From NCBI GenBank assembly GCA_951406725.2, contig OX597815.1, forward strand, positions 109,120,001 through 109,184,000: a stretch of 64,000 nucleotides of DNA. Reading direction: 5' to 3'. Positions 41,728-57,430 of the stretch are shown here, piece after piece. The DNA is from Octopus vulgaris (lineage: Eukaryota). The translations under genes were made by a program, and so were the position numbers. The notes beneath the pieces were generated by a model. It was given only the letters and a program-made list of their open reading frames with translations. It did no database searches and was not told the DNA's origin. Numbering within the stretch: position 1 is the stretch's first letter; each line of letters opens with the position of its first letter.

Positions 41728-41778
41728 AGCTTCCTGAAGATTTCTCTTGAATGAAACAGTTCTAGTCCTGTAGAAGCT
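41728..41778 (+). ncRNA. Minimal type I hammerhead ribozyme (decayed) in a Penelope pLTR-like segment (~41510-41845)
   Basis: AGCTTC-CTGAAGA-tTTC(TCTT)GAAt-GAAA-CAG(ttctagtc)CTG-TA-GAAGCT: 6-bp stem I, near-palindromic stem III. Confidence 0.75.
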
Positions 41779-41861
41779 CCTTCTATATAATAAATTAATT
41801 TTACTCTGCTATGTATTGAGTACCTTATTTACTGTGGTTAAACCCGAATCAACCCGGGACC

Positions 41862-41899
<38 letters not shown>

Positions 41900-41902
<3 letters not shown>

Positions 41903-42840
41903 CAAAGTGATATTTATATCTGCAAGGCAGCTGATCTATATGATTGTACATACCTTTACCCCTCTGTCCCAAAGAACAATATCCGGCCTGTTATGTTTAC
42001 ATTTGACTGAAGTTTTGATGGGAATAATCCACCAGCATTCCTTGAGTTGGTGTTTATGAATGTATTCCATAACAGAGGGATTTTCTAAGTTTATTTCAGA
42101 ACAGACTTTTTTGCGGTTCGCATTGTAAATTGCTTTGGCGACATCTTACCGCATAGTAAGGTAGTAGTGTGACGACATTTCAGGACAGCTGTTAATCCCA
42201 TGAATGATGCCTTCTACAGAAACATGACATACCCTACACATACGGTTGCACCTTGGATTTATACGAGCGTCACTGTCTTTTTTGTTCATTATTGACTTTG
42301 TGGTAATCTCCTGTTCATGGATTGCAAACGCATAGCCTTCAAAGTGTGTTGTGGTGTAGTGGTCTTTTGTCCAAGAGAGGCTGCGCTTCGTGTCAATTCT
42401 ACTGTCTCCTTCAAGTTTCCGGGCAACATACCCATGCATAGGTTTACTTTGTGTATGCTGAGTGCTTTCCATCCAGGTCTTGTCTGAGGTAAGATAGTCC
42501 AGGACATCATCAGGAAGGGAGTTCTTCTTGAGGAGCTCACTGGCAACACGTACGACGTTTCTCACTCCACTTTTCAGCACTGCGTTGATATATTTATTTT
42601 TTTCTGCTGTTGTTGGGCAGATGCTGCCAAAGTGATTTCCATACGGCATTCAAAGATCGTCTGTACTGATCTCAGGCCTCTACCACCTTCCTTCTTATTT
42701 CTGTGGAAGTTCCTAGTTGTTGTCAGGATTTTGCGGCTCTGATATCTACAGAGTGGAATTCTTCTACAGACAATCAAGTATTCCAAATGCTGGGATCAGC
42801 ACTGGTACTGCAAATGCTTTAAGGGATATTGTTTTTTATG
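41900..42840 (-). mobile_element. R4/Dong-type RLE LINE fragment
   Basis: KEGGRGLRS, MHG, FEGYAFAIHEQEI, CRVC..H..SC (42146-42786). Confidence 0.8.
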
Positions 42841-42893
42841 AATGTATGTATGCATGTATGTATGTACACCTATATATATATAATATGTATATA

Positions 42894-42980
42894 TAGAAGC
42901 TCCTTCTATAAAATAAATTAATAAATTAATTTACTCTGCTATGTATTGAGTACCTTATTTACTGTGGTTAACCCCGACTA
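42894..42980 (+). repeat. Direct copy of the pLTR segment downstream of the 41728 hammerhead
   Basis: Matches 41771-41846 (TAGAAGCTCCTTCTATA...TACTGTGGTTAA). Confidence 0.9.
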
Positions 42981-43653
42981 CATATATATATATATACATA
43001 TATATAAACCGCTGTGCCACTTCAATATGTGGAAAGACGGGTCGTTCCATTCACGCAGAAATTATTAGACGTACGTTAAATTCTTCATCTCTTTCTTATT
43101 TATTATAACAGCGAAATATATTTACATAAGATCAATTAATTCCTTTACAATTCAATAGAAATTATATGCCTATGACAAAAATATCAATTTTAAGAATGTT
43201 GTCATAACGTTATTGTTCGTAAAATACAAGCAACCCAATTTCTTTTACGTTAAAGAACTGATTATGTTGTCGCGGATTATAAGAGAAGGTAGACAAAAGA
43301 TCAAGGATAAGAGAAGATGGTAACCAAGTTGGGTTCTAAGCCTTGAGAGAATATTCTGGAGGGCTGAAGAATGAAGCATCGCGTGATGTCTGGTTGCTGG
43401 TTGGTGGATCACACTTAAAAGCTGTTACCAAATTGTGATTTTCACTTGGCCGTTTATCGATTCAGTTTCGAATCTTGCTATAATAGTTTCTTAAGTATTC
43501 CTGGCACACACTGAAAATATAATTATACTGTCTAGTTGTTTACATATTTGAATGATGTAAACGTAAAGATGGTTTAATTTATCTGCGTATTTATCAAACA
43601 TAAAAGTAAATAGTGTATCAGAAAATTTCCTTATAGTAATATATGACGAAATG

Positions 43654-43870
43654 AAGGCGGTGAGCTAGCAGAAACGTGAGCACGCCGGCGAAAAGCTTAG
43701 CAGTATTTCGTCTGTTTTTACTTTCTGAGTTCAAATTCCGCCGAGGTCGACTATGCCATTCATCCTTTCAGGGTTGATAAATTAAGTACCAGTAAGCACT
43801 GAGGTAGATCTATTCGACTGGCCCCCTCCCAAAATGTTTCGGGTCTTGTGTCTCGAGTAGAAAAGAATAT
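43654..43870 (+). mobile_element. tRNA-derived Deu/Nin-like SINE with a different 3' tail from 5041-5254
   Basis: AAGGCGGTGAGCTAGCAGAA head; GAGTTCAAATTCCGCCGAGGTCGAC; CATCCTTTCAGGGTTGATAAATTAAGTACC. Confidence 0.85.
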
Positions 43871-43914
43871 ATTACAGATTTGTAATTTGGATTACCTAAT
43901 TAACTAATAATCTT

Positions 43915-44022
43915 TTCCCCTATAGGCACAAGGGGAGGGGACCAATTGATTAGATCGACTCCAATACGCAACTAGCACTTTATTTATTGACTCCGAAAGG
44001 ATGAAAGGCAAGGTCTACCTCT
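43915..44022 (-). mobile_element. Truncated SINE of the same superfamily
   Basis: CCGAAAGGATGAAAGGCAAGGTC is the reverse complement of the core. Confidence 0.75.
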
Positions 44023-44577
44023 AATTAGCAAATAATCAACAATAGTGTCTAACTGCAAGGATGTTAGATAAAAGCTTATTCAATTTAAAGCGTCCTGATT
44101 TTGGAAATGATATTGTATAATAATGTACGAAGAATGGATATCATTGGCATTAACGAATTCTGTTCTTTATTAATTTGAATTTGTAAGCATCTGTATCTCT
44201 TTCCTCGAATTTCTAATATTCAATGAAAATGCATCAAGATAATGCTCTTCACCTCATAAAATATCTTTTTATTTAAAAAAACGCTTCTTATGTGATAATT
44301 GCTAAGATGGTAACTTTACATGCAGTCGTTTGTATAATCTGAAATATGATGACGATAAACATATTAGTTTTTTTTTAAAACCAACAATTTTTTTTCAATA
44401 TAATGTAGAACCATCTATACCTATATTTTGAATAATTAACAACTACTAACCAAATTCTTTCCGTTATCAATATTTAGTATTATGAAGAACAAATTTGTTC
44501 TTCGCTAATGCTTATATTTTCAATAATTTGAGTATTTGGATCTATTTGCTTGGTGATCCCAAACCTTAATGAAATAC

Positions 44578-44797
44578 TGGTTTCAAATTTTGGCTTAAGA
44601 CCAAACATTTTCGGGGATGCGAATAAGTCGATTACATCGATGACAATGTTAAACTGGTACTTGTTTTACCGAGCCAGAAAGGAAAGGAGGCAAAGTCGAC
44701 TCCGGTAGAATTTAAACTCAGATCTAAAAATGGACAAAGTACCGCTCAACATTTTTTTTACCTGTCGTGCTAATGATTCATCCATCGAGACGCCTTG
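44578..44797 (-). mobile_element. Diverged SINE of the same superfamily
   Basis: AAGTCGATTACATCGA..CTGGTACTT..GGCAAAGTCGAC..GAATTTAAACTCAG. Confidence 0.75.
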
Positions 44798-46079
44798 CTA
44801 AGATAGTGTATTAACGTAATGATGTTATATAGTAAGTGGTAAGTTTTCATTTCTATCTTATCCGAGCATAACTACAAATTACTAATGATGTGTTAATGTT
44901 ATGTTTAAATTTGTTAAGATTTTTACTCACGTATTTCTATTAGAACTATAGATATGTTTCGGTTTTATTTTCATTTTACAAAGAAAAAGATATTTTACAT
45001 CAATATTTGATTTACTTCATTCCATGCTCTACATTTTATTGTTTGAACCGAACATAATATTTCACTGTTAATTATTTCTCGTTTTTTAACTATCCAGGTT
45101 GCTAATGTGAAAGCGTGGACGCACCAATGTATTCGGACCCAGGGATATGTAGGAATCCAAATAATCAAATTGCTATTAGATGTAAAATATACATAGGATG
45201 TCTGAACGTGAATAAAGACGAGGATTGAAGTTGTGCCTAACTATTTCGTACATAGAGTTATGATAATTATTATTGTGAACAATGAATTTAGCAGTTTCTT
45301 TAAATGTTAGACTTAATCATTTTATATACAATGACAATCGCAATAATTTTCGTAGCATGGTGTTAACTTCTTAAAGAGCCGTGCATGAAAACAATTGGGT
45401 CCGCTTTACGGAGTTTTCAAATGACCAAAGTGTGAGTGTACAATGTTCAGTCAATAACTGTATAAGCGAAAGATAACAATATATCCAACCAATTTATTTC
45501 TGCAGAAAACAACACACCTACCTTGCTATTTTTATATTTTTACATGTATGAAAATATTACCAATGTTAATGTGCTTAATAAATTATGTTGAAAATGAACT
45601 TCAGTATATCAATCATTAAGTAAATAGAATTTTACTCATGAAATTTGATTTCATCGTTAATTAAATAAAAAAAATTCTATGCTGTTACTTTTGTATTAGT
45701 TAATGGGACAAATGACTAACCAGGTACTTTGAAAACTATATAGAATAAAGCAGAAGAATAGAACTTAATAACAATATCAATGTCGTCTACAGTCACTTTG
45801 GCATCTGACGTGTGGTGCATCTGTACAGGAATTGTCGATTTGAAAGAGAGAGTAAAGTAATATAAACTCCACCATGTAATAGCTGATAATCATTCAATAA
45901 TCATGGAGAGAAGATATTTCCCCGAGCGAAATATTCAAAACTATTTGTATCATACACTGAGTTTATGAAAAAAGTAAATATTTTCATATATAAAAATTAA
46001 TATTGTAGATTAAAACATGAACATATTTAACATAAATCAAAACTCTTTCATGAAGAATAGGGTCACCAAACCACTTTTC

Positions 46080-46275
46080 CGGATTGTGAGGTGTATACAT
46101 TCCCCTCCTGGTGAACCGCTGGTCCATCGTAGGATAACTCATATTTGCCAGTTAAATAGACTGGAGTAACGTGAAACGACGTATTTTGTGCAAGAACACA
46201 ACCCATCATTTGGAACAGGAATCGAAACTTACTACCATGACTGCTAAACCCTCACCACTAACCCACACACCTCCA
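46080..46275 (-). mobile_element. Old tRNA/CORE-like SINE
   Basis: GACTGGAGTAACGTGAAA..TTTTGTGCAAGAACACAAC..CAGGAATCGAAAC (reverse B-box). Confidence 0.55.
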
Positions 46276-46496
46276 ATTAATAGACACTCGCTCAAACACA
46301 TATATATATTTCGTCACATGAAATTTGGTACACCGAGCGCTTGTTCAGTCAAAATCGATTTGATGGAGAGGGTGAACTGATATACAGCAACTTAACTTGA
46401 TAAAGAAATCCTTTGTGAAAGTCGTTTTGCATTCTCATACGTCATTTTCGACAGGAGATTCCATCATGCATACATACACAATACAGGTATAGATAA

Positions 46497-46575
<79 letters not shown>

Positions 46576-46586
46576 TACAGATAGAT

Positions 46587-48777
46587 ATGTTTCTTTATTA
46601 GCCATACAGGGCTGAACACAGAGGGACAGCTTACAAAGTAGAGCTTTTCTTTTGGGGGGAGAGAAAAAAAAGGTGGGGTAGGTTTTCGATCAAAAGGGAT
46701 CGTAAAAGGAGAAGAAAAAGAAAGGAAAAGAAAAATAAACGATCAATAAGGATCGTGTATCACTGTCATGATGTAAAGTGTAAAAGGGGAAGCAGATAAG
46801 ATTTATCCGTGGGAAGAAAAGCCTACGGAAAAGAACACGGTAACCTCGGTCAATAATGTTGCATGTTACCACATTTGTTTGCAAGTAGGTAAGCCTCTGT
46901 TTTAAATTTTATGGGTTCATAGGATTATGCTCAAGGTGGCTTCGTCATTCATACGTGCCATCCTTGCTACATTCACCCATCTTTTTTTGAAACATTCGCT
47001 AGGCAAAACTTGCCTCTCTACTCTCTCTTTCCTTTTCAAGTGATACTTGAAAAAGTTGATGAGAGATTGACCAGAGAGGAAAGTGTTTGTCTCCAATCCT
47101 TTCAGACGCGTCCACCAGATACATTCTTTCGCCATAGCCACAAGGATGATGAAAATAGCTCTTCCTTCCCGTTTGAAGGAAGGAGGCGTGACAATATTGA
47201 CAATAGACTCGGCTGATAAACCGACTCGTCCCACACGTGACAGCAGTCGTTCGACATAAGCCCACAGGTCGGAAATTGTTGGACACTGCACGAGTGCGTG
47301 CAGAACGGTTTCGTCGCTCTGGCCGCATCTTGGGCTGGTCGGCCCCGCGTTTCTCGAGCCGTATCTGTAGAGCTTATCCCGAACGGGTAGCGCTTCTCGG
47401 TAGCACTGCCAGGTCAGGGATCCCTGGAAGTTGTCCATGGGCCCTGGCCCGAAAGTCGTCCTGAACAAGGAGGTCAGGTATTCCTCGTCGACGTCCAGGT
47501 TCGCCCCGAGCTCGTCTTCGTACCTCCCCTCCACTAATCCCCTATAGAATGCCTTGGTTGTGTTGAAGTCACTCAAAGTCGACCCGGGGCGGCATAGTTG
47601 CTTGAGAGCAACGCGACACTCGCGGTGCCATTCACCCTTCCTCGGCCTCTTTTTGATCCATGACTGCAGTTAGGTCATGGAGACGAGTTGCAGGAAAGCG
47701 TGCCTCACAAACGGCGACCACACCTGTTCACGGTCGTCTACGTAGAGCCTGAGATGTCGCATGCCCAGTCCTCCTTTTAACGGGTGTTGACAGCAAGTGG
47801 ATCGCCTGACCATCGGGACGCATCTTTTCCACAAGAAGCGAAAGAGAATGTGCTCGAGTTTAGTGATGGTAGGGTCGGGACAAGGCACGGCGGTCAGGCG
47901 GTAGTAGATGACGGACGCGATGTACGAGTTCGCCACCTCCGCCCGACCTTTTAGGGACAGTTTCCTCTCGGCCCATTGGCGGGCGAGAGTGACCACCCTA
48001 CTCGTTATCACGTTCCAGTTCTTCTCCGTTTGGAGGTCCGGACCGAACCAGACCCCGAGCAACTCAACCGGGCCGTCTGTCCAGCGTCCCACGACGGAGG
48101 CGCTGGTGGACGGCATGGGCTTGCTTCTCCAGGTGCCGAGTCGCAAGCCCACTGATTTTTCCCGGTTGATTTTCGCTCTTGTCACCGCTTCGTAGTCTTT
48201 CAGTGTCTCGCCGACCAGCTCGATGTGCTCATGGCTAGACACTATGATTGTGACGTCGTCCGCTTATGCAGACACGCTCGTCCCGCATCCCAATTCTCGC
48301 GGGATACCCCTCAGAGTTGCCAGCTTCCGCAATAATGGCTCGAGAGTCAATATGTAGAGAAGCGACGAGAGGGAGCATCCCTGACGGTCCGAACGTGCAA
48401 TGTCGAAAGGTCTCGATAGATGTCCATTTACACGAATTACCGAACGGATACCGAAACCAGCCGCTCTGAGGACAGCCTAGAAGTATCGATGGTCAACCCT
48501 ATCGAAAGCTTTCGATTGATCCAAATTGATCAGCACCCCACCCATGCCAGGTTTCTTAACTACCCTGTCAAAGATGTAGCGCATCAGGTGGAGGGTGTCA
48601 TGGATGCTCCGATCCGGCACGGCGCACGTTTGCGCCTTGTCGACCAGTTTCTCGATGACAAGCGCCAAACTCTTGGCTAACACCTTGGCCAAAATTTTCA
48701 AGTCTGCATTAAGCAAAGTGATGGGCCTAAAGTCATCTACTACATCCACTCTTGTTTAGATCTTTCCTCGGCAGTGT
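46587..48777 (-). mobile_element. 5'-truncated Tx1/L1-like LINE inserted in (GATA)n, copy 1
   Basis: RPITLLNADLKIL, LDQSKAFDRVDH, AYADD relic, zf-RVT (PRCGQSDETVLHALVQC); (GATA)n at 46490-46586 and 48778-48866. Confidence 0.9.
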
Positions 48778-48865
<88 letters not shown>

Positions 48866-48993
48866 CAGTTACCTAAGGGCTCCACTGTAAACATAAACTT
48901 AGGTGTAAGTGTATTATGTTTTGAGCAGAAAGTGGGGAGAAGAAAAAGCTCAAGAAAAGCACGTGTGTGGTTACATGATAGCTAGCTAGCTAA

Positions 48994-49070
<77 letters not shown>

Positions 49071-49095
49071 CATATAGACAGATAGATAGATAGAT

Positions 49096-49140
<45 letters not shown>

Positions 49141-49226
49141 CCTAAGGGCTCCACTGTAAACATAAACGCTAGAAGCGTATTACATCCTGAGGGGTCTGAT
49201 AGGTTACATGATAGCTAGCTAGCTAA

Positions 49227-49260
<34 letters not shown>
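48778..49260. repeat. (GATA)n tracts separated by duplicated unique spacers
   Basis: CCTAAGGGCTCCACTGTAAACATAAAC at ~48872, 49141 and 50292; GGTTACATGATAGCTAGCTAGCTAAA at ~48969 and 49202. Confidence 0.9.
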
Positions 49261-49261
<1 letters not shown>

Positions 49262-50182
49262 TGTTTCTTTATTAGCCACACAGGGCTGCACACAGATAGA
49301 ACAAATTACAAGGTAGAGCTTTTCTTTTGAAGGTTTAAAAAAAAAAGAAAAAAAAAAGAAAAAAGGAAGTGGGAGTTTCGATCAAAGGGGATCGTAAAAG
49401 GAGAGAAAGAGGACAAAAAAAGGGGGGTTAAAAAAAAGGGGGAGAGGAAAAAAAAATTGATCAATAGGGATCGTTATCACAGAAATGTCAATATGAAGTG
49501 TAAAGGGGAGGACAGGTGAGGTTTACCCGTGGAAAGAAAAGCCTACGGAAAAGACCACGGTAACCTCGGTCAATGAAGTCACATTTTATATTTCTTTTTT
49601 TTTTTTTTTTTTTTGCAAATAAGCAACTCTCTGTTTTCGATTTCTGGGTTCATAGGACTATGCTCAAGGTGGCTTCGTCATTCATACGTGCCATTCTTGC
49701 TACATTCACCCATCTTTTTTTAAAACATTCGCTAGACAAAACTTGCCTCTCTACTCTCACTTTCCTTTTCAAGTGGTACTTGAAGAAGTTGATGAGAGAT
49801 TGACCAGAGAGGAAAGTGTTTGTCTCCAATCCTTTCAGACGCGTCCACCAGATACATTCTTTCGCCATAGCCACAAGGATGATGAAAATAGCTCTTCCTT
49901 CCCGTTTGAAGGAAGGAGGCGTGACAATATTGACGATAGACTCAGCTGATAAACCGACTCGTCCCACACGTGACAGCAGTTGTTCGACATAAGCCCACAG
50001 GTCGGAAATTGTTGGACACTGAACGAGTGCGTGCAGAACGGTTTCGTCGCTCTGACCGCATCTCGGGCAGGTCGGCCCCGTGTTTCTCGAGCCGTGTCTG
50101 TAGAGCTTATCCCGAACGGGTAGCGCTTCTCGGTAGCACTGCCAGGCCAGGGATCTCTGGAAGTTGTCCATGGGCCCTGGCC
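49261..50182 (-). mobile_element. 5'-truncated Tx1/L1-like LINE inserted in (GATA)n, copy 2
   Basis: ORF 49650-50171 near-identical to 46917-47576; same 3' end; (GATA)n on both sides. Confidence 0.9.
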
Positions 50183-50210
50183 AGATAGATAGATAGATAG
50201 ACAGATAGAC

Positions 50211-50288
<78 letters not shown>

Positions 50289-50507
50289 TTACCTAAGGGC
50301 TCCACTGTAAACATAAACGCTAGAAGCGTATTACATCCTGAGAGGTCTGAGAATTTTAGTCATACTAAAGCACTCACATGCTGATACATTCATTGCCAAC
50401 CACACTCGAGGTAAGGGTTTCGGCTTTCTTCTTCACAACACTAGAATCCTCATCCCAAACCTACTGGTAATCACATAATGTACCTGAACGCAAATTGATA
50501 ACAATGA

Positions 50508-53655
<3,148 letters not shown>

Positions 53656-53659
53656 TATA

Positions 53660-53920
53660 TGACCGAGCCAGCGCAGACGGCACTGCTGGAGCAGAGTGAC
53701 TATGCATTTTGATGCCGTTGAGAACTTCAGTGTTGGTGACTCAGTAGGTCCACTTGATATGCGTCCCAGACTACGAAGGTGGAAGACGTTGAGACACCGC
53801 TCTTGTCTGGTGTAGAGGCACTATGTCTCGCTGTCGTAAAGCAGTGTGCTGAGGATGTATGCCTTATAGACAGCAGTTTTGGTATTTGTGACAAGTTTTC
53901 TGCACTTCAAGACCCGCTTT
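53660..53920 (-). mobile_element. RTE-clade LINE fragment
   Basis: TKTAVYKAYILSTLLYDSET..RLRWLGHI. Confidence 0.7.
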
Positions 53921-53924
53921 CTAA

Positions 53925-54095
53925 GCTTGTATTCTTTTTGTGCAAGGCTCTCACATCCACTTACCAAGTGGGTCACATTTTCCACACTTTTTCCATAGAG
54001 CCTGCATTTCTGGGTTTCAGAAGTTTTATAGGTGGTATACTTCGCTGAATTGGCAGCGAGAACCTGGTCTTGCGCAGCAATGATCAGGCTTTCTG
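53925..54095 (-). mobile_element. R4/Dong-type fragment (CCHC region)
   Basis: TESLIIAAQDQ..KCRL..ENVTHLVSGCESLAQKEYK. Confidence 0.75.
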
Positions 54096-54615
54096 TGGGG
54101 TAAAATATACGAAGCCCAGTATGACCATCATGACTACCCGTCTGATAAGGGTACAGCAAGCACATGCATCACAACCATATGTACGCGACATGGTGATCTC
54201 ATATCAAGATAAACAGCACATGACCTTGCAGGTGGGGCCCTGTTAGAATTTTCTTCTGGTCGAGTAGCCCATCCCGCTGAAAAGGTCCCTGAATAAGGGT
54301 TGTTTAAGGATGTTGAATGAAACTCCCATGTTTCCAGAGGTGAATTATTCAAACCCCAAAGAATCCCTCTGAACACATGGCTATGGTGCTCCCTACTATT
54401 TCTACTCCTGATCAGAGATGCACATATCGTCAGCCATTAAGTGACATGCCCAACTGGTTAACTTCAAACAACTGACAAGCAAATCTGTGGTATTGAGCAG
54501 AATATTTGCTGTAGCCCATCTTTTATACAAAGACAAAACAATGTACATGATAACACTTCCAATCAGTTAAGATCAGAAGCCACGAGAGCCACTGCCTGGT
54601 ACTGCATCAGGGCAT
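54096..54615 (-). mobile_element. Non-coding (TAA)n-associated element, copy 2
   Basis: Similar to 6954-7445, extends ~30 nt further; followed by (ATT)n(AGT)n at 54616-54760. Confidence 0.75.
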
Positions 54616-54625
54616 ATTATTATTA

Positions 54626-54760
<135 letters not shown>

Positions 54761-55348
54761 TCATAATTAACAGTAAATATATAAATAATTAATAATAACG
54801 ATATTAGAGGCCAGCAAGCAATAGTGCCGTTATATGACAAATCAATAAAATTTATAATTAGTAAATAATTATAATAGAAGGGCATTATTTATATATTTAC
54901 TGCTAATGATAATCTATAATAATAAATGCCAAAATGAATTTCTGGGTGTCAGTGTGTGGGTCACTTTGACCTCCTTTCTCACAATTCAATGACACATCTA
55001 CTATTCCTCATCTTAGAGTGAAAGTAATAGTAGGCACAGAGACACTGAGGGCGGTAGTAGATGGTAACGATGGTAATGGGGTAATAGTAATAGTATGAGC
55101 TGTAGTTGTGAAAGAAGCGAAGGCGACGGTGATGATGGTGGTGATGGTGGTGGTGGTGGAGGGGAAGGTGGCGAAATCAAAGGTATTGATGGTGATAGCA
55201 TCAGAAGCTTTGCATGATATATCATTGTTTTGATGAAAATTGTTCATTACTTGCAAAATATTGGTCAAGATTAATAAAATTTGATATGTACTCAATGCAC
55301 GAAGTGTTATTTTTTATTCTGTCTCTCTCTGTTTATTTCTTCGAGTTC

Positions 55349-55384
55349 CTTTCTGTTGAAGAGCGTAGGCTCGAAACGTCAAAG
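55349..55384 (+). ncRNA. Minimal hammerhead-like motif in a Penelope pLTR-like segment
   Basis: CTTT-CTGTTGA-A-GAGC(GTAG)GCTC-GAAAC-GTC-AAAG; core variant (A6 replaced by U), loopless stem III. Confidence 0.55.
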
Positions 55385-55444
55385 ACTTTTCAACTGCCTG
55401 TTGTTTATACACCTGTCTTCGTCTTTTGCTTTTCAGTAAATTTC

Positions 55445-55550
<106 letters not shown>

Positions 55551-55647
55551 ATATACACATATACATACATACATTACATATATATATACATATATACATT
55601 ACATACATATATACACACATACATATCTATGTATACGTACATATATG

Positions 55648-55725
<78 letters not shown>

Positions 55726-57081
55726 TGGTATATTTTGTTAAGAAAGTAGTAGAGTATACCATAAGGCTTATCCATCTTCATATTTAGCCTGCGCTATCCG
55801 GCAGTGGTATTATACATACTTGCAGTTTGGCGTTTGGATATCTGTCGATTGTTAATAGGTAACTGAAAAAAGACACCCTGATAACCTCAGTGACTACTAC
55901 TAAATTCAGGCCACGAGTGACAGATAACATGTTCTTGAACCCGAGCATTTTAAACTTACGGAGACAATATTTACATGTCACCTGAGGAAGCACAACTAGA
56001 TCTCATAATGCAGGGTAACAGTTGCATAATCAAATACCTGCACATCTGGATAACTACGTTGCATCGAAACAATTGTAGGGATTAAAAAATAAATGTCCAA
56101 CTGTACTCCTTCTTGTTGGCTCCTTTTTTCAATTATATTTATATAAATACAATACAAGTGTATATCTGTACATACGACTCCAGTGTAATCTAATAAGAAA
56201 ATAATATAATTATATTTAATATGATAAAATAATAACGAAGCAGACACCGGTCCGAAGTGAGGTCATACACTGTACTACAGTTATATTACGCGATGTATTT
56301 ATGCAGGGTGTGCATCTTTCCATATGTTGATAAGACATATCCATTGTCGATATAGAACCTAAAAATCAAGGTGGAGAACATGAGACTAACTACCTAAATT
56401 CCCTTAAAAGAAATAGATACAGGAAGTTATAGATTTTACGCCGCAGGTTTAAAGTACGTAAACACTCTTCGAACCAGATGCAAAGAGTTAAGCCTGAGTT
56501 CAGTTTTTCTATTAAGTAGGTCAACTTGAAGCTATAATATTTCATACAGCTTAGTGCTGCATAATCTACAACCGTACCGATTATTAGAATATGATGCAGC
56601 CCTCTTAAGGCGTAGGACTGAAAGATTCCCTTGAAACACCTTCAGACAAGAAAAATGGGGTCACTGAACTCTGTTCTTCCTTGATGTACCCTACCGGCAG
56701 AGCGGCCATGCTTATTCTGTATTACAAAAAGAAAACTGTAGCGATCAAGATCACACCTCGGTCACGTAACCTTAAGTGTATCACTTTTTAGCATGCAAGA
56801 GCTGAAAGCAAGTTCAGCCAGTCTAAAAAAAGTTTTGGTGATAGTGCGGATAATTTTTGACTTCATTTCGCATATTCGGAAATTCTTTAAAAACTCATTT
56901 GCGAAGTCTTTAAGTAGTCATATACTCTATGGCGAAACTTTTGTTATGTAACAAATTTAATTTATTTTTATTTTTCTTTGGTGTACGTACGGAAATACGT
57001 GCTATGCGCCTGGAGTGAATTATCAAGTACCTTACTCCTGTATCTATCTTTAATGTCAATTACCTACAGTAAAGAAAGAGT

Positions 57082-57430
57082 GTGAAAAATGTGACCCACT
57101 TGGAAAATGCGACCCACTATGGAAAAGTAACGATGATACTCTGGGACTATGATTTTCAGACGGTTCGCCTAATCAAACACCGTCGGCCGGATATTTTCAT
57201 ATTGAATAAGAGAGACAAATCCTGCCAGATCATTGGTGTAGTCGTACCAAATGACATGAATGTTGTGATTAAAGTGGTTGAAAAATTCACCAAGTTCTCC
57301 GAATTGAAAGTGAAAGTGGCATGACTGTATGGAATGCGAGAGGGTAATGTGAAAGTGATACCAGTGGTGATCGGAGCGTTGGACTCAATCCCATTAAAAC
57401 TTCAAGACTTCTTAAGGCAATACTTACTTC
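57082..57430 (+). mobile_element. RLE endonuclease fragment of an R4/Dong-type LINE
   Basis: ILWDYDFQT..HRRPDIFIL..VIPVVIGALD. Confidence 0.75.

Noticed and set aside
43654-43745. tRNA gene
   Set aside because: Has A/B-box-like motifs but no full cloverleaf and continues into a SINE core.
48778-50350. Repeat-spacer pattern as CRISPR-like
   Set aside because: Repeats are variable-length (GATA)n and the spacers are copies of each other.
54913-55020. Helitron-like 5' end A|TCTATAATAATAAA
   Set aside because: No matching 3' end or internal homology found.
56500-57065. Further minus-strand exons (57036-57063; acceptor at 56717)
   Set aside because: Phases do not join without stops, and part reads like a decayed Penelope C-terminus (KRAASYSNNRYGCRLC).
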